Assembly: GCA_051599415.1 (NCBI GenBank)
Contig: AP039689.1
Span: forward strand, 62,001 to 126,000
Direction of reading: 5' to 3'
Source: Savitreella phatthalungensis
Taxonomy: Eukaryota
Length of the DNA stretch: 64,000 bases
Below, in pieces: positions 10,860 to 21,556 of the stretch (the first letter of the stretch is position 1; every line of letters begins with the position of its first letter). The notes beneath the pieces were generated by a model. It saw only the letters and a list, made by a program, of their open reading frames with translations. It was not told where the DNA came from and searched no databases. A program made the position numbers and the translations under genes.

Positions 10860-12203
10860 ATGGAAACATCGCTCGACAAGAATCAAGTCGGCCAGTCAGA
10901 GGCCATCGCATCTAGCATGGAAGTCGGCAGCATCCTCGATGAGCTCGAGATAGAAACCGGGGACCCGGCTCTATTGTGCTGTCGACTGAAGGAGTTAACC
11001 CGCGACAAGCTGAAGGCACAACCCTTGTATACGGATCGAGGATTGTCGATATTGCTGAGGCATTCGTACAGTCAGTCGCGGAACGCTTCACTCGAGGCGC
11101 AACGCTGTCTGGCGAACGCATTGCTGCTGAGCGATGAATTCTGTCTTAAAGCTTTTCAATCGAGTACGCTGATTGATGCTGCCCTAAATCATCTCATGAG
11201 CCTGCCTGACGAGCACTTGAAAAGCGGCGAAGACGAGTTCCTGTTCTGTCGGATTCTCTTCTTAGGAACGGCGAAGTGTGGCAGTCACCTCGATCTCGAA
11301 ATCATGTTCCCGGCACTGGTATCAGTTCTAAAGGCGATGGTCGATCACGCAGCGAGTGGTGACTGGCAGTCATCCTCAGTCACAGCAGAGCTGCTGAAGC
11401 TCCTCTACAACCTTTCAGTGTATATTCCCACATTGACTAGGCAGGTCATCGACGCCGAGGCTGTAGCCCGACTGACTTTGCTGCTTGAGAGCAGTCGCCA
11501 ATCTCAGTCAGCCGCGATATGCTCACATGTGATCAATTTGATGTCCAACTTGCCAGACAATCAAATGGCTTTCATCCGACATGAAGTCTTGCTCTCGATA
11601 CTCGAAATTTCGCTCGACGACTGCGAACAGCCAGGAGGAAAGCTCGTAGGCGATCAGCTTGCGCCGCTGTTGACTTTGTTGGAAAAGATCCATAATGCTG
11701 GACTGCCGTCCGCTCGAGATGCAATATGCTCGCGATTACTCGTCCCAATGGACAAGCGGTTGAGGCCACTCGGACTGTCAACCTCTGTTGGCGACCGCCT
11801 GCTCGCAATTTGCAGCGGTAGTGCTTCTAGTGTGTTGAGAGAGGCTGTGCTAGATCTGCTGTACGCACTCTCAGACTCGGATGCGGAGCAATTCGTCCGC
11901 AACGTTGGTTATGGCCATGCGATCGGCTTTTTGATGCAGCATGGCTTGACAATATCCCAAGAAAGCCTCGAAAACCTCCAAATTAATGATGGGGTCAATG
12001 CCATTACAGGACAAAGTTTAGCGATGCAGCGCGCGGAAAAAGGACCATCGGCAACAGAGCATGAGCAGATGACGGAAGAGGATCAGGAACGAGAGGCCGA
12101 GCGTCTTTTCGTCCTCTTCCAAAGGCTCAGGAAAACTGGGGTAGTCGACTTCCCTGACCCCATAAGAGCAGCTGTAGAGGAGGGCCGCTTTGCCGAGCTA
12201 TGA
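10860..12203 (+). CDS. RIC8: Ric8/synembryn G-alpha GEF/chaperone
   Basis: EAQRCLANALLL, FVRNVGYGHAIGFL, NAITGQ, MTEEDQEREAERLFVLFQRL, and DPIRAAVEEGRFAEL. Confidence 0.93.
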   Translation: METSLDKNQVGQSEAIASSMEVGSILDELEIETGDPALLCCRLKELTRDKLKAQPLYTDRGLSILLRHSYSQSRNASLEAQRCLANALLLSDEFCLKAFQSSTLIDAALNHLMSLPDEHLKSGEDEFLFCRILFLGTAKCGSHLDLEIMFPALVSVLKAMVDHAASGDWQSSSVTAELLKLLYNLSVYIPTLTRQVIDAEAVARLTLLLESSRQSQSAAICSHVINLMSNLPDNQMAFIRHEVLLSILEISLDDCEQPGGKLVGDQLAPLLTLLEKIHNAGLPSARDAICSRLLVPMDKRLRPLGLSTSVGDRLLAICSGSASSVLREAVLDLLYALSDSDAEQFVRNVGYGHAIGFLMQHGLTISQESLENLQINDGVNAITGQSLAMQRAEKGPSATEHEQMTEEDQEREAERLFVLFQRLRKTGVVDFPDPIRAAVEEGRFAEL

Positions 12204-12297
12204 GTAAGTAGTCGAGCAGCCCACCCGCCATGGCGAATGCCTGCAACGTGCCCCGCTTCCTCGCTATTCTGAGCTCGGCAGAAATCTCTAACCACAG
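12204..12297 (+). other. Putative 3'-UTR intron directly after the RIC8 stop codon
   Basis: TGA|GTAAGT donor, branch point CTAAC, acceptor CACAG; 94 nt. Confidence 0.65.
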
Positions 12298-15200
12298 GGA
12301 GTACGCCAAAGCCGAATCTGACCCCACAGATGAGATTAAGGCACAGTGCTAAAGCCACAATCTTCTGGACAGAGGCACTTGTTGCCCATCTGTTGTGCGC
12401 TTTCCTCTAGCATCATCTTGCAGCTCAATATGCATGCATGTACAATCACATCGCTCGTGAAAGAGAGCGCTACGATCAAAAATGTCTTGTTGCATATGCT
12501 CTGATAACAGTCAGGCGCGGCACAGGTGTTTCGCTAGAACGTGCTGCTTAGCCCGCGCTGGAGATGCTGGGCCCTGGCGATTGAGATGCCGCTGAGCAGT
12601 GATGCAGCTATTGGAGAGCTCTTCAGAGTGATACGGCTGCATTCACACAACTGAACACCTTCCGGCGCGACTGCGGACGACAATACCTGCTCCGCGATTC
12701 GACAAGATCAGCATGAATATTCACGATACTACCTGGTCCCATTATTGGCGCCGCTACTCAATCCGCTCGCTCCCGTACGTCCAAAGAAGTTCACGCGATG
12801 GGTGTTCTCCGCGTCTTCGAAGACTTCTCCGCACCGTTGTAAGCGAAAAAAACGTGCAATCGAGGACTCGACGACCGTCCGAATGTCTCGCCGCCAAGTG
12901 ATTAAAAAACGTGCTGCTTGTCTCACATTGAAGATCTTGACCGTCTACTGTTGCTCGATTCGAGCAGTCGAATCGACGTCGTGCGTTCAGCTCCTTTTGT
13001 GGCTACCACTGTGAATCCAAAGGACAGTTAGTTAATTTCTCTGCTACTAGAAGGCTTTCGTGCATCCACAGATTTGCTCTGGATCCTCCAAGGGTATGCT
13101 TCTCTCGTCTCGTCCAAACTTAGGTCTCAAAGTATTGCATCGGAGTATGTACCAGCCCTGCCCTCGTTCGGCATTTCAACTCTTTTAGTGAGCATTTGAC
13201 GCACTACAGAAGGTGAATGAGTGAGCAATTGATATAATGCAGAAGGTGAATGAAAGCTTGAATTGTGATTGGTTCTCGCAATTTATCGCAAGCGACCTCA
13301 TGCATTGGCCATGGGCAGATGAGACTGTCTTCAGAACACGCCGCTAGTGGTGGCGCGATCGTTTCGTTTGACTTAGCCGAGCTGATATGATTGGCCGTCC
13401 TAGAGGCTCTCGTCAGAGCCGCTGAACCAATCAAAACTCTTATCTGAATAGTCGCGGTCTTCGCCTTCGCGACAGCGACATAATGCTTTGGCGGACTGCA
13501 CACTTCACAGTACACCTTGCGGCTGATCGACCCGCCGCCCGAGACACACTTACTTTGGGAACCGGAGAACCTTTCCGTTGAAACCACAGATGGTCTCTTT
13601 CTAGGCTGCCACGATCTGTAACCGTCGCGTTGATGCGGAAGATCTTTCATGACGAAAAGCTTCTTTGCAAGCAGCCAGGCGACGGCACCGAGCTAAAGCA
13701 TGTCGAATGCAAGAAAACGCCATTGCGACCCTGTCTCGCGAATTGCTGCAAGCGTGGCTAATTTCAATGAAGCAAGCAATCATGTCGCGAAATTTTAGTG
13801 ACACGCTAGGCCGAGGAAATACGTGGCTGCACGTGTGCGCAGTCCTGACGCGACCAGTCCGATGATACACAGACCGCTGCAACAGTCCTCCGAACTAGAG
13901 GGAGGTTAACAGAACAAGGACGTGGCTGACGGCGTGACAATGCTCGCGTGTCCAAGTAGTGTGACGTTCTAAAGTAAATTCCTATCTAGGCGCGAACGGA
14001 ATGTTTCATTGCACTTGGACTGATCTCGCCAAGTTAGCAATTTCATTGGCTCGACAGACGACTATATCTGCGTGAGGTGAAAACGTCAGATCACACGATG
14101 AGGCTCTGCAGCCACGACCTAGCGTTTCATATGTATAGAAAAATTTCGCTGCAACTCTGCTGCACGATGACGATTGCTAGGCCCTAACGTTGAGGCGTTG
14201 TCAGGAATCGTTATCGTCAATGCAAACAGCGCACAGCGAGCACCATCACCGCTACATGAAAGCGTGAGAGCGGAGCACAAAGTTGTCGTGGCCCTTGGTA
14301 CTGCCATACCGATGCGTTACAAACCTGCTCGAAGTGTCTGCATTGTAATGGTCCGTTCAAAGACATTGAATATCACCACGCTAACCAATTGATGCAGGAA
14401 CGAAGGCCTCGTTGAGCCGCTGACATGTCCATCGTCGGTTGTCAAGTGCTCAAAGTGATTCACAGATCTTTCGATAATCCATTTGTAGCCATGATCTCGT
14501 GCATGACGGCTCGGGACTTGTGACGCCATGCATTTCATAGAACCAAAGACGCGCTGAGGTTTTGGGTTCTGAGGTCAATGGAATGCAGCGAACACCAACG
14601 GTTCTAAAAAAACGTGTCAGCCACGACGCCAAGCGAGTTTAATGCTATTACAAGCTGGGCGCACCAGAAATGGACACGCATGATCGTAGATGAGCCGAAC
14701 ACAGACAGAATGGATGAGAATCTCTTGAGGCTTTCGAACGTCAACCCTCGTGGCCTGGCGGCCCGGATAGCGTCTTACATGTCCACCCCACGAATACCCC
14801 ACTCCCAAGTCGCGTGTCGATCTCGTATATCCCGTGGCGCGGATATTCACTGAGCAGCAACATCGTTGCAAGTCTTTGGGTCGTCTCTTGACGGCTCACG
14901 CTCTGCGACTTAGCCGTTGGACCACGAGGGACCAAGGCAGAAGTATTCCAGCATTGATATGAAGCCAGCTGAGAAGACGCGACAATGTTTCTGACGTCCG
15001 TCAATGATGAGTGAATGTTTTGAATTTGTATCAGCTGTCTACTTGACCGCGGGACTGTTCACCTCCTGGTTGCATTTCCTCATGGAATTTTGCTCATCAC
15101 TCAGTAGATCACCATCCGACGAGCCACAGGAGCGATCATCGAATGAGCATTTCGCGAAGCGAGCACTGTCACATTCTCTCCTTGGTCTTTCGATGACAGA

Positions 15201-15940
15201 TCCTTGCTATGATCGTCATCGGTCGGCTAGCGCTTGAGCTCGGATAGTAGTAGCGAACAGCGATAGCTCAAGACTTGGCCAAATACACGCCAAGTTCATT
15301 CAACCCGATTGCGCCTCCCGCTAAATCGATTGTGCAGAATACCCTCGCACGTTTTGTGGCGTCCGGGGTCGGCTGAGCTAGACGCAATGGGAGGCTTCAA
15401 TCTAAACCAGGTCAGATTTTGAATCATGCAAGCCACCTCGCAAGGCTGCCATGGAATTGCAACGGACTCTGAGTGAGTTTTGTTACGTGTATCTTCAGTA
15501 GAACGGCTTGCACGCAGGAAGGAACGGATGAACGACTGCCATGCGACTGAACCGTCCGAACAGAGCTTGCCAAAGGCCGTTTGAAAGAGTGTTGAGCCCT
15601 GAAGGACGCTATAAGCCAGGGCAACACTAACGACTATATGATAGACGCAAGGCCCACCTTCCGTTCGACATCAAATCGTCTTCACAATCCTTCTTTCGTA
15701 TCCACGAACCAAAGCCTGATCACATCTTGTCGACAAGATACAGACGACCTTGTTCCCGACTGTCTTCAGTAACCTCGCGCGCCACAGCTATTCTCCAGAT
15801 AATTCAATTTGTCTGAATCTGGACCAAGTCGAAGAATAAAATTCGACCAATCAGAGCATTTCAGCGCAAGCGCCTTTCGACCGACCTCGGTTCGCACCCC
15901 AGACCACGCCGATCCCGGTTCCCCGGACTTACGCACATAT

Positions 15941-17068
15941 ATGAACATGTCTGCACCCGTCGTGATTCACGCACCCCAGGCGCAGTACCAACAGCAGCAG
16001 CAGTTCGCTCGCTTCTATAACGAGCAGCAACGTCTTGCGCACTTCAACGCTGTTCAACAAAACGCTATCCTCCAGCAACAGATTGCTCAGCAGCACGTTG
16101 CACGCCAGCAACAGCTCCAGCAACAACAGCATTATCGCATTATGGCCGCCCAGCAGCAACAGCAGCAGCAGCGCAAGTCCGTTACACAGCAGACTGGCGC
16201 TCCGAAGCTCAAGCCCTATGTCTGCCAGACTTGCACTCGCCCTTTCGCTCGTCTCGAGCACCTGAAGCGTCACGAGCGCTCGCACACTAAAGAGAAGCCC
16301 TTCTGCTGCGAGCAGGCCGGCGATCTTCCAGGTTGCGGTCGCCGCTTTGCACGTCGTGACTTGCTGTTGAGGCATCAGCAGAAGATTCACTTGTTCCCCA
16401 ACACCTCCAAGCGCAGAAGATTGTCTGCTCAACAACAGCAGCAAGCACGCAAGTCGTCTGGCGCCTCCTCTGTCGAGTGTGCAAAGGAGGTTACCCCCGC
16501 CGCGTACACGACTCAGAGCAATGGCACTGTTGATCCCGTCAGCATCATGAGCGGGGCTTCTGCACAAGTCGTTTCATATGACTCGCTTGCTCCAGTCGAT
16601 GACGCAACCCAGCAGCAGCTGGATGCTGAGTACGCCTGGGCAACCGCTCGTCTACTGCCACAAGACCTGCTCGCGGATGTGGACTTCGATGCCTCTGCAT
16701 TGAGTTACTGGGCTTCATCGGAAGGATCTGCACCTTCTACCTCGTCTGACGAGGAGCCCTCATCTCCGTTTTCCGCGTCATCTGCCTATGACTCACAAGG
16801 TCCAACAACCCCGGACCTCCTGGCTGGACGTCGCATTTCGGATGCCTCATTGGATCTCGAGCTCTTCCCTTCACACGAATTTTTCTTTGATGCGCCAATT
16901 AAGCACCAAAACCAAGACCTGCCACAGGTGATGCAGCCTCAGTCCTCCCAGAATCCTTTCGCAACGGCGCGCTTCCTTGATGTAGCGCAGGGATTGGAAC
17001 TCGACTTGGCCAGCAACAACCTGTGGGCACCAAATGACTACGGCACGAACTTTGTCGAGTCTTTCTAA
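15941..17068 (+). CDS. rst2: Adr1/Rst2-type C2H2 zinc-finger transcription factor
   Basis: [29 protein letters not shown] followed by a second finger with a long Cys-Cys spacer ([28 protein letters not shown]), as in S. pombe Rst2. Gln-rich N-terminus; PKA-type sites RRLS, RKSS, RRIS. First ATG at 15941. Confidence 0.88.
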   Translation: MNMSAPVVIHAPQAQYQQQQQFARFYNEQQRLAHFNAVQQNAILQQQIAQQHVARQQQLQQQQHYRIMAAQQQQQQQRKSVTQQTGAPKLKPYVCQTCTRPFARLEHLKRHERSHTKEKPFCCEQAGDLPGCGRRFARRDLLLRHQQKIHLFPNTSKRRRLSAQQQQQARKSSGASSVECAKEVTPAAYTTQSNGTVDPVSIMSGASAQVVSYDSLAPVDDATQQQLDAEYAWATARLLPQDLLADVDFDASALSYWASSEGSAPSTSSDEEPSSPFSASSAYDSQGPTTPDLLAGRRISDASLDLELFPSHEFFFDAPIKHQNQDLPQVMQPQSSQNPFATARFLDVAQGLELDLASNNLWAPNDYGTNFVESF

Positions 17069-18130
17069 TTCTTTCAATTGACGACAATTTTTTGTAGACC
17101 ACGCCTGACATGAACATAGGTAGGTCGCTTTCAATAACAGAGGAAATGAACCAATTGTCACCCAGCCTTTTCCTTGACCAAGTAGGTGTACGATATTTTG
17201 TAAATCGCATTGATACCGATACGCAAATACCAAAGGAGCGATTGTCTGCAGCCACTGTTCAACGTGTAATCGGAACGAGCTTTCGGAACCTCGAACACCC
17301 TTGCACAACTTATGTCAAGGTCACGCACGCATCGTATTTTGTAATGTGGCATTACATATGCAATCAATTTACTGCAGCGAGCGGGAAAGTTGCGGAGTAT
17401 CCGATGTGTCACGTGTGCACCGGACTCATCGATCCGCAGAGATATCAACGGAAATCCTCGTGGTAATCTCTCGAGTGCAGGCACGTGTGTCGCTGGCGCC
17501 TGCAGGACATTGTGGTGCGAATTACCGGTGACTAGCAGAACGTCGTGACGGTGATCTGCTCGGCTTTTGTGGGCTTATATCAATCATGAAGCATTTCCGT
17601 ATTTCCAGAACGCAGGAGACCAAAAGTTTTGGACAAAGTCGAAGAAATATCCGCTTGCCTGCTTCCTCCACCCGCCGATGGCCTGTGGCAATCTCCGAAA
17701 TCTCAAACATTGCTCAGATTTGATAGCATGGAGGGCAACGTGGAGCTGCGACTGCGCCTGAGCAAACTCAGCTGATAGTGGAGGTCATGTTCATTGCCAA
17801 TCTCTCCTCCAGCCACGTGGCATTGACAGACAGCTTCGATCAATCTATAACACTAGACAAGATTTGTAAAGCTCATCGTTGCTCGCCTAACGTCGCGTTT
17901 GTACGTAGCACTTCGAGAAAGGTTTATGTCTCGGGAGCCAACGTCTCTGCACGCCGCAGGAGAGCCCTCTGTTGAACAAATTCGCTCAAGCTGTCCGATA
18001 ATCGCTGCCTTGTTTTCCGACCACTGGAGATATCTTGAAGAGTAGAGGCATGTTCGCGGGGTGGAATGGATGCTCGTTGAGTGTTCACTTCTGGAATACC
18101 AGATCGTCCGGTACCAGGTTAAGAGAATGA

Positions 18131-18457
18131 TCACAGCCCGCTTTTGTTCGAGTAATCATTCTCAGGATCGCGTGCTCGCTCGTCTGCGAATTCTGATGTG
18201 GTCTTCGGCTGGAGCTCAGAATTACTCGCTTCGCCAGCGCGGGTCGGCTTTGCACTTGCTGCTGAATTCTCGCCTCGCTTATTATACTGCCGAGTCTCTC
18301 TGCCGCTTGGTGATTCACCGAATGTGTCAGTGTCGTGCGATTCGGCACCCTCAGCATGCGATGGTGTCGGTCGAGACGGCTGCATTGCAGATTGATGTTC
18401 TGGAATAGGCCGACGAGTGGCCATCATTCGTATGAGGTGTCTTGATGGTACAGGCAT
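18131..18457 (-). CDS. Possible small hydrophilic hypothetical protein
   Basis: ORF with disordered-protein composition; no recognised motif; exon structure uncertain. Confidence 0.25.
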   Translation of the reverse strand: MPVPSRHLIRMMATRRPIPEHQSAMQPSRPTPSHAEGAESHDTDTFGESPSGRETRQYNKRGENSAASAKPTRAGEASNSELQPKTTSEFADERARDPENDYSNKSGL

Positions 18458-19019
18458 GCTCGCTGCCTTTGGTTTGAGGGCGGTCGTTGACTTAAGAGAC
18501 ACCGACAGGATGGTACAATGTGACTGGCAGGATCAACCGAATTAACCCCATAGCTCCATTTCTTCTGGAGCCATCAGTCGTTGCCCACCTGATACGACGT
18601 CACTACAGTCAATTGACTGATGACTTTTCGATGCTAGATTCGAAGAGAGACTGACTTCGAAATAATATTATGTTCTATATAGCACGGACCTAGATTCGAA
18701 GAAAAGTTAATCACATTTAATTAAGCTCCAATATTGGAAACCTGCGCCTAGCTAGCTAGCTAGCTCTATCGGGTATAATGATATACCACTCGTAGAATGA
18801 TTGATCATTTAAATTAGCTACAGTCCGGGCAAGCCAATGACCCCTGATGGGCAGGAAAACTTTCTCTTCCTGCAAACGAGCAGAATCATCCTGGCGTTTG
18901 GTTGAATCCTCCAGGTGGAAGGGGCAGGTTTGACTGTGTTGTCACAATTCCAGAGGCTCATCTATCGACTACATGTGGTCCTCCGGGGCAAGTCTTGTTA
19001 AGAGCGTTCGCCATGCTTG

Positions 19020-19838
19020 ATGCGAGCAGGACATCATAAGCGGAGACGGGTGAATGATCGAGAATCGGTCAAAACCCAAAGTTACTCTTCGCGAAGAGGA
19101 TTTCTTCGCTTGCCGAACGAAGTGCTGACTGAAATCTTCGTCTTAGCCGGCTCTTCTGCTTTGGCCGAAGTCAATCGTCGCTTCGCGTGGCTAGCTTATG
19201 CCGATCACAGCGCGGGTCCTCCTCCGCTATGGCTGCAGAAGCGTTTCACCGCGAGTTTACATCCAGACTTGCCGTTTGCCGTGGACATGGCTTTGAGGCG
19301 ACGATTCTTCTCATCGAGTCTATTGCTGCATTTTGCCAAGGCCTTCGATGAATCGCAATCGTGGCATCTGCTTACAATCCCGCTGTGTCTGCTCGTCCAA
19401 CCAGCTAACGATTGTGACTCAACCTCAGGTGGGCAGCCTTCTCACTATGTCGAGCAAGCAGCTGTTCGTCGCGTGATGCTCCTTACCGAGCTGTTTCTGC
19501 GAGGCGTGACATTGACGGAGACCTCAGCGAACATCGCTCTTATTCGCTATGCTGAACAACGCCGAGCTCGACCGGCCTTAATTTTCTGGCGCATGACCAG
19601 ATCTTTCGCTTTTGATACTGCTTACATCACAAAGGCCCTCCGAATTGCAGCAAAAGCTGGAGCATATCGTGAAGGCGAGATGTTACAGTTCCTGCTCCGC
19701 CGATTTGGTTGCTCTGATGACGACGGCCGGGCACTCGTTAGAATCGCCGTTAAACGCAAAGACTTCGGCCTGTTGGACACGCTTCGACGCCACGGTGTCC
19801 AGCCTCACATGGATGCATTGATGGCGCTTGCTAGATGA
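19020..19838 (+). CDS. F-box-like protein with degenerate ankyrin-like C-terminus
   Basis: FLRLPNEVLTEIF..AL.EVNRRF F-box-like motif, N-terminal KRRR, C-terminal ALVRIAVKRKDFGLLDTLRRHG. Confidence 0.7.
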   Translation: MRAGHHKRRRVNDRESVKTQSYSSRRGFLRLPNEVLTEIFVLAGSSALAEVNRRFAWLAYADHSAGPPPLWLQKRFTASLHPDLPFAVDMALRRRFFSSSLLLHFAKAFDESQSWHLLTIPLCLLVQPANDCDSTSGGQPSHYVEQAAVRRVMLLTELFLRGVTLTETSANIALIRYAEQRRARPALIFWRMTRSFAFDTAYITKALRIAAKAGAYREGEMLQFLLRRFGCSDDDGRALVRIAVKRKDFGLLDTLRRHGVQPHMDALMALAR

Positions 19839-20018
19839 GTAAGTCCCGCATCACCCAGAGGACGCTATGAAAATTTACGCCGATATGATGACACAAAGAC
19901 ACAATGCATAGTTCAACTGAAATCCACTGTTGAGAACAACCATCCATCTTTCATCTTTCGTCTGATCGGCATGACCCGGAACTCGGAATGCGCATCTCAA
20001 GTACTGACCTTTTTACAG
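19839..20018 (+). other. Intron hosting a snoRNA, starting right after the stop codon
   Basis: TGA|GTAAGT donor, branch TACTGAC (20002-20008), acceptor TTTTACAG ending at 20018. Confidence 0.8.
19879..19970 (+). ncRNA. Box C/D snoRNA, dual guide, predicted 25S Am807 and Am817 (S. cerevisiae numbering)
   Basis: Terminal stem GCCGA/TCGGC. C box ATGATGA 19885-91, D' CTGA 19917-20, C' TGTTGA 19928-33, D CTGA 19962-65. Guides GCATAGTTCA and CATCTTTCG are antisense to LSU CGAAAGAUGGUGAACUAUGC. Confidence 0.9.
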
Positions 20019-20102
20019 TGCATGTCAGTTCATCAAGCCCTCCAAATTCAGGTCAAATGGCAGAACGGTTCGCAGCCGCTTGTTGCAAAGAGTGAAGCAC
20101 GA

Positions 20103-20200
20103 CGAGAAGCGTTGAAGGATGACTCATGAACATACCTACATTATGTGACTGCACTTGGATGAGCAGTAAATCTCTAATTTTTTGCTGACAACGCTCCTCG
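20103..20200 (+). ncRNA. Box C/D snoRNA, dual guide, predicted 25S Um1888-equivalent (snR62/U34-like) and an A in the 18S GAAAAAAUUAGAG run
   Basis: Long terminal stem CGAGaAGCGTTG/CAACGCTcCTCG. C-like AGGATGA 20116-22, D' GTGA 20145-48, C' TGGATGA 20156-62, D CTGA 20185-88. Guides TACCTACATTAT and CTCTAATTTTTT. Confidence 0.85.
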
Positions 20201-20761
20201 CCGACGCCCTCAACCTTTGCAACCAACGACATTTGCGCCGTACCTTTGTCTCGCTGTTTTTACAGTCCCGCCGCCGACCCCGCGCGATGGAACGCTGCAC
20301 TGTGAGGTCCGCCGCATCACGTGCTCAAACAGTGTATTCAGTCTATTCTTGGGCGTTTCTCCCTTCGATCGCCTCATGCATCAAGATACTATGGAGCGAG
20401 CTTATGAATCCGTTCGCTTGTGGAAGTCGTATGGTTTCGAATCCGCCAGTGGCCGAGCTCCTTGAAGTATTGACGGGCTGCCTGAATTGAATTGTCCAAT
20501 CAAAAGCCAGATAAAGCATGCCATGTGCAGAGGCGAAGGTTTCGTGTAAGTTATGTGCTTTGTCCTAATTTGTTGATGATGATAGAATTGCCGACCGAGG
20601 TGACGGGTGACTCGGGATCGGCAGTCGAGTTGCGGCGATACCACCGGATCATCACCACCACTAGCGTGAACACTGTGATTTTTAAATAGTGTAGATTCGA
20701 TCTCTGCTTCACACATTCCATCACGATCACATCAAGTAGCTGAAGAACATTGCTTACGAGG

Positions 20762-21556
20762 ATGTCTGCCGACTTGTGCTGTAAGACTGGATTTCGCTGG
20801 AATGGCACGCCGTCTGGTAGCATTCAGCAAGTCCACGGGCTTGAATCATATGTGACGAAGAGCGCAAATGCATCGGGCAAGCATGTGCTCGTCTTCATGA
20901 CGGACATCTGGTCTCACAAGCTGATCAATTCTCAATTGCTTGCCGACACGTTCGCAGACGAGGCTGGGGATCTTGTCGTCTACATGCCCGACCTCTTCGA
21001 CGGGGAACTACTCGACCCATCGTGTCTTAGCGACCCAGAGAAGGCAAAATCTTTTGACCTTCCAGCCTTCATCGGTCGTCATCCGAAACACGGCAATGCG
21101 AAGCTACTTGCCAAGTACATTGCTGATATTCGTGCTCAGGAGAACCCAACGACTGTCGGTGGTGTCGGATATTGTTACGGTGCCACTGGCTCGGTCGTCT
21201 TGGCTGGAGATGGCAAGAACAATCCCGAGGGAAAGCCTATCTTGGACTACACAGCGACAGCACACCCTTCGCTTTTGGATGCAAGCGACATAGAGAGCGT
21301 CAAAGCACCTGCTCTGTGGCTTTCTCCCGAGCACGATTTCATGTACACTGCTGAGCTCAAGGATCTCACGCAGAAGAGGCACGGTAACAAGTCAGCTTCG
21401 GAGTTCAAGTATGTGTACTTCCCCGAACTATCACACGGTTTTGCCGTGCGGGGCAATCCGGACGATGCCGCCCAGAAAGCCGGTCTGGAGAAGGCAAAAG
21501 ACGAAGTCGTAGCATGGATCAAATTACACACCGGCTCACAAAGCAACAAACTCTGA
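20762..21556 (+). CDS. Dienelactone hydrolase family protein (Aim2-like)
   Basis: CCKTGF..GTPSG start, PDLFDG, GYCYGA nucleophile elbow, AHPS, HGFAVRG. ATG at 20762. Confidence 0.93.
   Translation: MSADLCCKTGFRWNGTPSGSIQQVHGLESYVTKSANASGKHVLVFMTDIWSHKLINSQLLADTFADEAGDLVVYMPDLFDGELLDPSCLSDPEKAKSFDLPAFIGRHPKHGNAKLLAKYIADIRAQENPTTVGGVGYCYGATGSVVLAGDGKNNPEGKPILDYTATAHPSLLDASDIESVKAPALWLSPEHDFMYTAELKDLTQKRHGNKSASEFKYVYFPELSHGFAVRGNPDDAAQKAGLEKAKDEVVAWIKLHTGSQSNKL

Noticed and set aside
15003..15100. C-box-like ATGATGA
   Set aside because: No matching D box with a terminal stem and no recognisable rRNA guide.
18851..18873. Hairpin GCAGGAA/TTCCTGC with a downstream ACA, as a possible H/ACA RNA
   Set aside because: No convincing H box or second hairpin.
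20430..20450. GGTTTCGAATCC, similar to a tRNA T-arm
   Set aside because: No acceptor stem, D-arm or anticodon arm could be folded.
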